Shown: positions 50,180 to 58,702 of the stretch, piece after piece
How positions within the stretch are numbered: position 1 is the first letter of the stretch
How the letters are laid out: every line of letters starts with the position of its first letter
Assembly: GCA_015061905.1 (NCBI GenBank)
Contig: SUVQ01000008.1
Location: 25,867-89,866, forward strand
DNA: 64,000 nt
Origin: Verrucomicrobiota bacterium
GTDB lineage: Bacteria > Verrucomicrobiota > Verrucomicrobiia > Opitutales > UBA953
Direction: 5' to 3'
Made by a program: the position numbers and the translations under genes
Notes under the pieces: generated by a model
What the model was told of the DNA's origin: nothing
Database searches by the model: none
The model's input: the letters and a program-made list of their open reading frames with translations, nothing else

Positions 50180-50803
50180 TTCCTTATCATTTTTCTTATT
50201 TTTCGCGATGGCGGCGGCGCGGTAAGAAAATTCGACGGCGACAATCATGTAGCCGAACAATTTGTTGCGCAGGTAAAACAAAACGGCGAGCGTGGGCACG
50301 GCGATAACGATGCCGAGCACGGTCGTCCAAAGTGCTTGCCCGATACCGAGCGCGAGGCGCGCGCTGTCCGTAGCGGCGTTCCCGCCGGAGCCGAGCACTT
50401 CGAAAACTTGGATAATTCCGAGCACCGTTCCCAGCAAGCCGAGCAGCGGAGCCGTTGCCGTAATCAGGCGCAAGGTTGTGAAGCTCCGTTTGGTTTTGTA
50501 AAAGTATCGATGAAAAAGATACGCGGATTCGGCGCGCAAATCGTCGGAATGGTGACGGTGTTTCGTTGCAATGTCTCGCACAACGCACACGAGCGGATTG
50601 TTCGGCAAAACGGACTCGTCAAAAAGCAAATCGGCGTTCCCGTCTTCGACGTTTTTGAAAAATCGGCGAAACTGAAAATCGACGAGGCAAAGTTGCAGAT
50701 AAATTTTTACCGAAAGAAAAACGGCAAGCAAAAGCGCAGCGGCAAGCGGGATTCCCACAGGACCGAGCTTTTCGTAATATTCGGCGCAGTAGTGTTGTAT
50801 CAT
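50159..50803 (-). CDS. exbB: MotA/TolQ/ExbB proton channel protein
   Basis: APLLGLLGTVLGII..F, GIGQALWTTVLGIVIAVP. Confidence 0.92.
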   Translation of the reverse strand: MIQHYCAEYYEKLGPVGIPLAAALLLAVFLSVKIYLQLCLVDFQFRRFFKNVEDGNADLLFDESVLPNNPLVCVVRDIATKHRHHSDDLRAESAYLFHRYFYKTKRSFTTLRLITATAPLLGLLGTVLGIIQVFEVLGSGGNAATDSARLALGIGQALWTTVLGIVIAVPTLAVLFYLRNKLFGYMIVAVEFSYRAAAIAKNKKNDKEQLISKN

Positions 50804-50833
50804 TGGGTTTTGTAAGTTGAAGATCGGTTTATG

Positions 50834-50911
50834 GAACCACGGAATACACGGAATTCACGGAAAGATTTTTTTTGTTCGGAGTTTCCGTGTTTTCCGTGCA
50901 TTCCGTGGTTC
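50834..50911. repeat. 9-bp-periodic inverted element (CACGGAA-type)
   Basis: gaaccacggaatacacggaattcacggaaa ... tttccgtgttttccgtgcattccgtggttc. Confidence 0.9.
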
Positions 50912-50920
50912 TTTTTTTCA

Positions 50921-52330
50921 TTAAATTTCAATTTTGTAGGTGGCAAGTAACGACAAAAATTCGAGGTCGTGCGTGATGAGTAGCACTGTGTTCCCGCGTT
51001 CGGCGTAGGTGTGAAGCATGCGCGCGATGATGCGCATATTGCGCCCGTCGAGCCCGCTGGTCGGTTCGTCGAGCACGAGCAGCGACGGTTTTTTCATCAA
51101 AACAGAGGCGATGACGAGGCGTTGTTTTTCGCCGCCGGAAAGCGATTGCGGGTGGCGTTCCCGTTTGTCGTCGAGCCCGATTTCGCGGAGCAAATCAAGA
51201 GCCTCGCGCTCGGCTTCCTTTTCCGGAAGCGGCGAAGCGGAAACGAGCTCCTCAAGCACGTTGCGCATGTAAAGCTGAATGTCGGTGTTTTGCATAACGA
51301 AGCCGCCGTCGTCGAGCAGGCTCGCGGCTTTCGCGGGAACGCCGTTTCGGAGAATCGTGCCGCCGTTTTTGCGCGGAAGCTTCAGAAGCCCCGTAATGAT
51401 TTTTGCAAAAGTCGTTTTCCCTGCACCGTTTTTTCCGACAACGGCGGTAATCGCGCCGTGCGGAATCCGAAAATCCCGCGTGCCGTCAAAAATCGCTTTT
51501 TCCGTGTTCGGGTATTTGAAAAAAAGATTTTTGCAAACCAACGCGGCGGGAACGCTTTCCGGAATTTCTTTGAGCGGCGGATTGGCGGAAACGCGCACGT
51601 CGCGCAAACCCAAGGACGCATCGCCGTTGTTTTCAAGCTCGTCGAGTGCGTTCCCGCCGGGTGCTTCGAGGCGGCGCACGATTTTCCCTTCGTTCAAAAT
51701 CAGAATTTTGTCCGGCACGCCGCGAAGCCAGTAAATGCGGTGATCGACAACGACGATGGTGAATCCTTCGCGCTTAAGTTCGCGGCAGAGCGCGGCGAGC
51801 TCTTCCGTCGCTTCGGGCGAAAGATTCGCCGTCGGCTCATCAAAAACAAGCACGCACGGGCGCATCGCGATAGCCGTAGCGATGACGGTTTTTTGCTTTT
51901 CGCCGGACGAAAGCCCGAAAAGGCTGCGGGAACGCAAATGCTTGAGCCCGAGGCGCTCAATCGCTGCGTCCGTGCGGCGCAAAATTTCTTCGCGGGAAGC
52001 AAGCCGCCATTCGAGGCTTCCGGCAACTTCGCTTTCGACGGTCATCGACAGAAACTGGCTATCCGGATTTTGAAAAACGGAACCGACGATGCCGGAAACT
52101 TCTTCGAGCGAAGCGGGCGCGTTCCCGCCGATTTTGACGGTCCCGCGGAGCTCGCCGCGAAAATGAAACGGAATCAGCCCGTTGAGCACGCGCAACAGCG
52201 TGGATTTTCCGCAACCGGACGGACCGGAAATCAGCAACACTTCGCCCGCGCCGAGCGAAAAGGAAATGTCCGTCAGCGCGTCTTTTTTCGCGAACGGATA
52301 ACGGTAAGAAAGGTTTTCAATCAAAAGCAT
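50921..52330 (-). CDS. ECF-type transporter ATPase with two ABC domains (A-A' fusion)
   Basis: GPSGCGKST / LSSGEKQK / DEPT and GKNGAGKT / LSGGEKQR / LDEPTSGLD; start MLLIE at 52330. Confidence 0.92.
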   Translation of the reverse strand: MLLIENLSYRYPFAKKDALTDISFSLGAGEVLLISGPSGCGKSTLLRVLNGLIPFHFRGELRGTVKIGGNAPASLEEVSGIVGSVFQNPDSQFLSMTVESEVAGSLEWRLASREEILRRTDAAIERLGLKHLRSRSLFGLSSGEKQKTVIATAIAMRPCVLVFDEPTANLSPEATEELAALCRELKREGFTIVVVDHRIYWLRGVPDKILILNEGKIVRRLEAPGGNALDELENNGDASLGLRDVRVSANPPLKEIPESVPAALVCKNLFFKYPNTEKAIFDGTRDFRIPHGAITAVVGKNGAGKTTFAKIITGLLKLPRKNGGTILRNGVPAKAASLLDDGGFVMQNTDIQLYMRNVLEELVSASPLPEKEAEREALDLLREIGLDDKRERHPQSLSGGEKQRLVIASVLMKKPSLLVLDEPTSGLDGRNMRIIARMLHTYAERGNTVLLITHDLEFLSLLATYKIEI

Positions 52331-52344
52331 GGGAAAAAAGTCGG

Positions 52345-52436
52345 AACCGCGAATGAACACGAATTTTCACAAATTGTTTTTGAAGTATGTATTTTCAAAG
52401 ATGTTTCATTTAAAAACTTCGCGTTCATTCGCGGTT
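52345..52436. repeat. 9-bp-periodic inverted element (CGCGAATGAA-type)
   Basis: aaccgcgaatgaacacgaa ... ttcgcgttcattcgcggtt. Confidence 0.85.
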
Positions 52437-52441
52437 TCTTT

Positions 52442-53281
52442 TTAGTGAAGAAAAGTCGTTGCGGGAACGGGCAGCATGAATTTTAAGGTTAAAACGGCTA
52501 CAGCGGCGGAAGTCGCGAACGCGAGCACGCACCAATCGCGGGAACGCATCCGGTGCTCTGCCGCACAAATACAACGCTCGCTGCAACCGACGCGCCGCAC
52601 TTCGCACATCAGCACAAGATTGTCCGCGATGCGCAAAGTGCGCACGCATACGGGAACGACAACATAACGCAAAAAGCTCAGCGGCGACGCGACGAGCGAG
52701 AAGAAATTCATCTTCCGCCGCCGCACGCGCAGGCTTTCGTAAAGTTGGCGAATGTCGTCGACAAAGCTCGGCACAAAACGGCAACACACCGTCAGCGGAA
52801 TAAAAATGATGCGCGGCAGGCGCATTTTCCGCATTACGGAAATAAATTCCTGATTGTCAAACGTCAACCCGAGCGCGAGAAAAACATTCATGCTTACCGA
52901 AATCCGCAGAAACGGAAGAAGCACGGTCGCGAAACCTTGGTCGCCGAGCACAGAAGCTAAGCGCAGAAAGCTTTCCCGCGTGCTTTCCTCCGGCAAAAGC
53001 GGCGCGCATTCCCGCAAAATCCAAACAAAAGCGGGAATGAAACAATACGCCATTCCGAGCATGAGAAACGTTGCCGCATACATCGCGAAAACGGGCTTGA
53101 AGCGACGCAAATTCAGCACGTAAACAAAGGTCAGAAAATTGACGGCAACAAGCAGACGCCAATCATTCAGCGCGACCGAGCAACACGACGCAAGCAGGGA
53201 AACGACAAGCTTAGTGCGCATGTCGAGCGTCGCGACAAAAGGCTTTTTTGTATTTTCGGAATCAATACGTTTGGGCTTCAT
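52442..53281 (-). CDS. ECF transporter transmembrane component T
   Basis: LDMRTKL, hydrophobic segments, RFVP..DDIRQLYESLRVR; start MKPKR at 53281. Confidence 0.82.
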   Translation of the reverse strand: MKPKRIDSENTKKPFVATLDMRTKLVVSLLASCCSVALNDWRLLVAVNFLTFVYVLNLRRFKPVFAMYAATFLMLGMAYCFIPAFVWILRECAPLLPEESTRESFLRLASVLGDQGFATVLLPFLRISVSMNVFLALGLTFDNQEFISVMRKMRLPRIIFIPLTVCCRFVPSFVDDIRQLYESLRVRRRKMNFFSLVASPLSFLRYVVVPVCVRTLRIADNLVLMCEVRRVGCSERCICAAEHRMRSRDWCVLAFATSAAVAVLTLKFMLPVPATTFLH

Positions 53282-53334
53282 CTGATTTTTTGAAAGAAAA
53301 ATTAACGAACAGTGAATAACGCATTCTTCAAAAT

Positions 53335-53913
53335 TCATCGTTCCCGGATGAGCCCGGCATGACGAAGTTCCTTCACGAATTTGTAGCCGGCGGGAAGCCC
53401 GACGAGCACGCTCCCGCAATAGCCGAGCGCAATCATGAACGCTCCCGCCGCAAAAAGTTGCGCATTTTCCCGCAGGAAAACAAAGCTCATGCCGAGCGCG
53501 ATCCCGCGGGAAAACAAATCATACATCGCCACGCCGACCAAGACACTCAAGGTGTTTTTGTAGCCGCCCGTCGCCGCAATGATCCAATCACTTAAAATCG
53601 CCGCGAGCAAATTCGCGGGAGCGAGAACAATCATCAGCGAACCCGACATAAAAAACGAAATCACGACGTTGATCAGGCAATACAGGCAAAGCACGCCGAA
53701 TTTGCGCACGCGGCAAACCAGCACGACGAGTAGCGCCGTCGTCAACCCGTTGCGGATAAAAAGCGCAATCGGATTCGGACCGCCGCCGACGAGGCTGACG
53801 GCAAGCCCGGAAATGCGAATGAGCGCGGAAAAAATCCCGACGAGCACGAGATGCTCCGTCGTCCAATAAAATTTTTTCAACGCGGGAACCGTTTTGGCGG
53901 GAACGTCGCTCAT
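53335..53913 (-). CDS. MptD-family putative ECF S component
   Basis: WTTEHLVLVGIFSA, RVRKFG, FVKELRHAG; ~6 TMs. Confidence 0.78.
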   Translation of the reverse strand: MSDVPAKTVPALKKFYWTTEHLVLVGIFSALIRISGLAVSLVGGGPNPIALFIRNGLTTALLVVLVCRVRKFGVLCLYCLINVVISFFMSGSLMIVLAPANLLAAILSDWIIAATGGYKNTLSVLVGVAMYDLFSRGIALGMSFVFLRENAQLFAAGAFMIALGYCGSVLVGLPAGYKFVKELRHAGLIRER

Positions 53914-55349
53914 GCGTTTGCCGCCTCCGCCGGAAGCATTCGCGGGCGATTATGCCCGCCGTGCGAGCCGCGCCCGAGCGGATTTGCGTTCCCGTGCGGC
54001 GGCGTTGCGCTTCCGGTCGCGTTCCCGCATTTTCCGAAAAGGATTTTTGCGATCATTCCCATGACGAGCGAAATCAGCGTCACGTGCCAGTATTCGCCGA
54101 GCGGAGAAAGCTTGTAGCGGTTTTCTCCGTCGGGAACGAGAATACCGGCGCGTATCCAGTTTTTCCATACAGCTTGCGCTTCTCCGGAAAGCAGTTCCGC
54201 CGAAATTTTCCCGGGCTCGAGAAATCCGAGTTCGAGCTGATGCGTAACAACGTTTTTGAAACGGATTCCCGGATTGTCGGGAACGGCGACCATCAGACCT
54301 TTTTTCCCTGCGGCGACGGTTTCCGTATATTTTTTCAAATCCGGAATCTGCATAAAACTGTAGCCGCCGAGGAAGCCGCCCGCGCGCGAGCCGAACGGCA
54401 CGAGCTCCATGCCGGTTTTCGTCCCGTGGTTATACCAATTGCGTTCGAGCGGCGTGCGTCCCCAGTGCGTCATCGAAAGGCGCTTCCAACCGAGGCGCGT
54501 CAGGCGTTCCCGCGCCGTCATAAAAAGCGCGTAGCGTTCGTCATAGCTCAAATCTTTTCCCGCGCGCGCAAGGCTCGTTCCCGGGAGCAGTTTTAGCTGG
54601 TAAAGGTCTGCGCCGTCCACGGGAACGACTTCCGTAATCATGCGCAAATCCTCGTCCCAAAGTGCCGGCGTTTGTCCGGGAAGCCCGTAAATAAAATCGA
54701 GCATGAGCGCAATTTTTTCTCCGCCGATTTTTTTGACGAGCGAAAGGCGATCGACGAGTTCTTCCTTCGACATGATTCTGCCGAGCTTGCGGCGCAGCTC
54801 CGTGTCGAAAGTTTGCACGCCGAAGGAAAAGCGGTTCACGCCGTTGTCGACGCAGGCGCGGATTTTTTCTTCGCCGAAATCGCTCGTGCGCCCTTCGACG
54901 GTAAACTCGTAATCCGGCGCGATGCGGAAATTTTTATGAATAAACGAAACGAGCGCGGCGAGGTTTTTGGCGGAAAGATCGGTCGGCGTTCCTCCGCCGA
55001 AATAAACGACGTCGATCGTTTCTTCGGCAAGCTGCGGCGTTCCCGCGAGCGCGTTTTTCATTTCCGCAAGCACGCTTGTCGTGTAGCCGTCGAGATCGGA
55101 AGTGCGCGTTGCGTTGGAATAAAAACTGCAAAACGAGCAGCGATGCAGGCAAAACGGCACGTGCAGATAAATCGCGCGGCGTACGGTGCGTTTGGGTGAC
55201 GCGGCGGCTTGCGCCCACGCTTCCTGCGGGTCCGGCGGCGGCGCGTTCCCGTGGCGGCGGAAATTCTCCGTGTGATTGAAATGCTTTTTTTCTTCAAGCC
55301 GCGCAATCACGTCTGCCGGAGCTTCGGGAAAAAGAAAATCTTCAAACAT
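53910..55349 (-). CDS. HemN-like radical SAM protein, HutW/ChuW-like (heme processing)
   Basis: YLHVPFCLHRCSFC, YFGGGTPT, GVNRFSFGVQTF, YGLPGQT; operon context with TonB receptor and flavodoxin. Confidence 0.8.
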   Translation of the reverse strand: MFEDFLFPEAPADVIARLEEKKHFNHTENFRRHGNAPPPDPQEAWAQAAASPKRTVRRAIYLHVPFCLHRCSFCSFYSNATRTSDLDGYTTSVLAEMKNALAGTPQLAEETIDVVYFGGGTPTDLSAKNLAALVSFIHKNFRIAPDYEFTVEGRTSDFGEEKIRACVDNGVNRFSFGVQTFDTELRRKLGRIMSKEELVDRLSLVKKIGGEKIALMLDFIYGLPGQTPALWDEDLRMITEVVPVDGADLYQLKLLPGTSLARAGKDLSYDERYALFMTARERLTRLGWKRLSMTHWGRTPLERNWYNHGTKTGMELVPFGSRAGGFLGGYSFMQIPDLKKYTETVAAGKKGLMVAVPDNPGIRFKNVVTHQLELGFLEPGKISAELLSGEAQAVWKNWIRAGILVPDGENRYKLSPLGEYWHVTLISLVMGMIAKILFGKCGNATGSATPPHGNANPLGRGSHGGHNRPRMLPAEAANA

Positions 55350-55370
55350 AAGAAGCTTGGTCGAGGGATG

Positions 55371-55477
55371 GTGAATAATGAATAACGAATTGAATTCGGC
55401 TTCCGCCGAAAAAAGTTCTAAAAGTTTTCGCGAAGCGAACGCACTGCGTTATTCGTTATTCACTATTCATTATTCAC
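55371..55477. repeat. 7-bp-periodic inverted element (TGAATAA-type)
   Basis: gtgaataatgaataacgaa ... ttattcgttattcactattcattattcac. Confidence 0.9.
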
Positions 55478-55974
55478 TAAAAAAGATTTCTGAAAGCGGA
55501 CTGAGCGGCTTCAAGATCGGCGGCATCGGGATGCTTCGCGGCTTCTTCCCAGCGGCGTAAGCGTTCCGGGTTCGGCGAATGCGGATGCTCGGCGGGAAGT
55601 TTCGACATCCACGAAGTCAGCTTCGGATCAATCGCGCCCTGACACCAGAATTTGGCGACGACTTCGCAGCCTTCGCCGAGCAATTTCGTTCCCGCCTCGA
55701 ACGAATCCGTCGCATGTTGCGAATGCGGATACGCTCCGAGCGTGAAGAAAATGCCGACTTTTTTTCCTCGAATTTTCGGCATGTAAGCCGCCATTTCCGT
55801 GTTCGCCGTGCCGCGATCCACCCAGTAGCCGACGACGACGAAATCGTAGGCGTCGGGCTCCGGTGCTTCGCTCACGGGAAAAATGTCCGTTCCCGCGGGA
55901 AGGACGGCGTGAATGGCTTCCGCGATTTTGCGCGTGTTGCCCGTTTTTGAAGAATAAACGATGAGGGTTTTCAT
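55477..55974 (-). CDS. Flavodoxin family protein
   Basis: IVYSSKTGNTRKIAEAI, GYWVDRG, FFTLGA. Confidence 0.9.
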   Translation of the reverse strand: MKTLIVYSSKTGNTRKIAEAIHAVLPAGTDIFPVSEAPEPDAYDFVVVGYWVDRGTANTEMAAYMPKIRGKKVGIFFTLGAYPHSQHATDSFEAGTKLLGEGCEVVAKFWCQGAIDPKLTSWMSKLPAEHPHSPNPERLRRWEEAAKHPDAADLEAAQSAFRNLF

Positions 55975-55980
55975 GTTTTT

Positions 55981-56020
55981 TGGGTAACTGGGAACTGGTA
56001 ATTAGTGGTTGGGAATTGGG
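55981..56020. repeat. 7-bp repeat (reverse complement of GTTCCCA/GTTACCA family)
   Basis: tgggtaactgggaactggtaattagtggttgggaattggg. Confidence 0.7.
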
Positions 56021-58231
56021 TTAAAATTCATATTTGAGCGACGCCCAAAAGCTGCGCCCGGGCTGAAGGTAATCGAGGTGCGGGAGCTCGTAGCGTTTGT
56101 CCAAAATATTGTCGATGCCGACTGCGAGCGTAAGCTTTTCAAAAAATGCGCTGTCGCTTTTGTCAAAAACATCGAGCCCGATTGCAAAATTAAGCGTTGC
56201 CCAGCCGGGCTTGCGCTGAGTTTTTGAGCCGCCGGGCGCACTGACATCGGAGATTTTCTCTTCGGCGGCGGCGTTCCCGCGCAGATTAAAATCCGCCCAC
56301 CAGTTGCGATTGCTTTCGGTGTAAGTCGCAAGCACGCCGGCTTTTCCGAAAATTTCCGGCTGCCCGGTGTCGTAAGTCGAGCCGGAAGCGTTGTCGAAGC
56401 GGCGGCGCAAAAACGTGGCAACGGCGTAGGGTTTTATCGCGGCATCTTTCCCGAGTTCGAAAAGATAAGCCGTCGAAAGTTCCGCACCGAAGCTTTTTGC
56501 GGAATCGTAATTGACGAACCAAACGGACGTTGCGCCCGTTCCCGCGACGGCTCTGGTTTCCGTGCCGATGTAATCGTCGGAATCCGTGTAAAAAACGGTC
56601 GCGTCGAGGCTGAAGTTTCCGTTGTCGTAGCGTGTTCCGAGTTCGTAGCTGATGCTTTTTTCCGGCTCGAGATTCGGGTTCGCGTGTGTTTCCGTGCTTG
56701 CCATCGCGGAGCCGATATAAAGCTCATTAATCGAAGCGTAGCGATAGCCTTGCGAGACGGTTCCGCGAAACGTCCAATTCTCGATTTGCGAGTTTACGAG
56801 CGAGAGCGAAAATGTCGCGTCCGCGTCTTCCTTGCTTTGTTGCGGGAGCGTTTCAACGGTCGTTCCCGCGTTTGTTCCCGCGCGGCGGACGACGTGCGAC
56901 GTGCCTTCGTCGAACTCGTTTTTGACGTAAGTGCCGCGCGCACCGAGAACAAGATTCCAGCCTTCGGCAAAATTCCATTCGTCCTGCGCAAAAAGCGCGG
57001 CGGTCAAAATGTCCGCGTCGTAATCATTCGTGCGCGTCATATCGACGACGTAACGCGTTCCCATCGGGAGCGTCATCCAATTTTGGGTGGTCGTTTCTTC
57101 GTGCGAATCTAATTTTACGTAATCAATTTGCGCGCCGACGATGAGATAGTGCGTGTCCGCAATCGAAAAATCCGCCTGTATTTCCGCTCCGTAGGCGTCG
57201 TGGAGGTTGCGGCGATCTGCGTTCACGTTAATCGTCATCGGCGCGACCGTCTGCGTAATGTCTTGGACAAAATGTTTGTCCGTTTTTTGAAAATAAGCGT
57301 CTGCGCGGAATTTCACGAAAGTTTCGGAAATATCTTTTACTTCAAGAAAAAGTCCGATTTTTTCGCGGTCCCAGCGCGGGAGCTCCATGAATAGTAAGTC
57401 GTCGCCGGAAGCGACTTCCGAGCGACCGGCGAAAGATTCGATTTTTAATCCGAAGCTCGCATTTTCCGAAATGTCGTAGGCGAGATAAGCACTTGTGTTT
57501 TGAAAACGATAGGACGTGCGGTCCACGCGCCCGTCGGGCGATTCGATGTCGCCGTGGTCTTCGTCGGAAAACGAAACGCGCGCGGAGAAATCGCCGTAGC
57601 GCGCATTCAAATCGTAGTATTGATCAAGCCCGCGCGTTCCCGTGTCGCCGCGCACGCTCGCGCTCCCGTGAACGCCTTCTTTCCCGGATTTCTTCGTGAT
57701 AATATTAACAACGCCGCCGATCGCCTCCGAGCCGTAAAGCACCGATGCCGGACCTTTGATGACTTCGACGCGCTCAACGTCCTGAACCGACATTAAAAGC
57801 GGCGCGCCGTTCATGCCTTTGGTTTCCGAAATTCTTTGCCCGTCGACAAGAATCAGCACGCGCTGATTGCTTTCGCCGCGAATATTCACCTGCTTAAAAC
57901 CGGGCGTTCCATTGGCTTCGACCTGCACGCCGGGGACGTCGTCGAGCAAATCTGCGACCGTCGCGGCGGAACTTTTCGTGATTTCATCTCCGCTGACAAC
58001 GGCAACGCTCATTGGCACGTCCGCCATTTCCATTTCGTGCTTGGCGGCAGTAACGCGCACCGCTTTTCCGGTGATTGCTTTTTGCGCGGGAACGTTTTCC
58101 GCCTCCGCTGCTTCGACGCTTTCATTCGCCGAATTTTCCGGCGGCGTTCCTGCCGATTCCTGCGCCCAAAGCGCAACGCAGGGTAGCCACGCTACGCCCG
58201 CGAAGATTAAAAAAGAAGGGTTGATTTTCAT
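56021..58231 (-). CDS. TonB-dependent receptor, probably heme
   Basis: Signal peptide, plug LILVDG..VERVEVIKGPASVLYGSEAIGGVVNIIT, HANPNLEPEKS, C-terminal PGRSFWASLKYEF. Confidence 0.92.
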   Translation of the reverse strand: MKINPSFLIFAGVAWLPCVALWAQESAGTPPENSANESVEAAEAENVPAQKAITGKAVRVTAAKHEMEMADVPMSVAVVSGDEITKSSAATVADLLDDVPGVQVEANGTPGFKQVNIRGESNQRVLILVDGQRISETKGMNGAPLLMSVQDVERVEVIKGPASVLYGSEAIGGVVNIITKKSGKEGVHGSASVRGDTGTRGLDQYYDLNARYGDFSARVSFSDEDHGDIESPDGRVDRTSYRFQNTSAYLAYDISENASFGLKIESFAGRSEVASGDDLLFMELPRWDREKIGLFLEVKDISETFVKFRADAYFQKTDKHFVQDITQTVAPMTINVNADRRNLHDAYGAEIQADFSIADTHYLIVGAQIDYVKLDSHEETTTQNWMTLPMGTRYVVDMTRTNDYDADILTAALFAQDEWNFAEGWNLVLGARGTYVKNEFDEGTSHVVRRAGTNAGTTVETLPQQSKEDADATFSLSLVNSQIENWTFRGTVSQGYRYASINELYIGSAMASTETHANPNLEPEKSISYELGTRYDNGNFSLDATVFYTDSDDYIGTETRAVAGTGATSVWFVNYDSAKSFGAELSTAYLFELGKDAAIKPYAVATFLRRRFDNASGSTYDTGQPEIFGKAGVLATYTESNRNWWADFNLRGNAAAEEKISDVSAPGGSKTQRKPGWATLNFAIGLDVFDKSDSAFFEKLTLAVGIDNILDKRYELPHLDYLQPGRSFWASLKYEF

Positions 58232-58315
58232 GTTTTTCTCGTCGTGTCGCGCACTCCGGTCTGTCCGGTCGCGGGCGAGAAAGTTGTTTTTGAGTCGCTC
58301 CGTGTTTCGGTCGCG

Positions 58316-58456
58316 TTATTGAGTGAGTCGGATTTTTTCCTTCACTTCGATTTGAACGACCTTCCCGTCGTGAACCACCACGGTCAGTTCGCCGAACTTC
58401 AGCGAAGCGAGCTGATCCGCAATTTTTTTCATAACTTCCTGCGAAAGCGTTTTCAT
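58316..58456 (-). CDS. YezD/DUF2292 family small protein (46 aa, absent from ORF track)
   Basis: Hand translation MKTLSQEVMKKIADQLASLKFGELTVVVHDGKVVQIEVKEKIRLTQ. Confidence 0.85.
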   Translation of the reverse strand: MKTLSQEVMKKIADQLASLKFGELTVVVHDGKVVQIEVKEKIRLTQ

Positions 58457-58479
58457 CGTAAAGAGCTTTCTATTAATAA

Positions 58480-58494
58480 TGAGACTAAGTCTCA
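58480..58494. promoter_or_regulatory. Putative Fur-like 7-1-7 operator upstream of heme operon
   Basis: Perfect inverted repeat TGAGACT-A-AGTCTCA abutting a minus-strand TTGACG (58500-58495). Confidence 0.6.
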
Positions 58495-58702
58495 CGTCAA
58501 GATGTAAATCGCAACCGTTTTGGTTTGTTTTTTTGTCGCTCTACGGTTCTCGCGGGAAAAATTTTCATTTTTTCTTTCGGAAATCTCTATCCCTCCTCAA
58601 TTTTTACGCTAAAAAAAACGCGCTCCGCTACAAAGACGCGAAGCGGAAAAACTTAGCGAATTTGCGGCGGGAGCGCGCCGGGGAAAAGGAATGATTTCCC
58701 GT

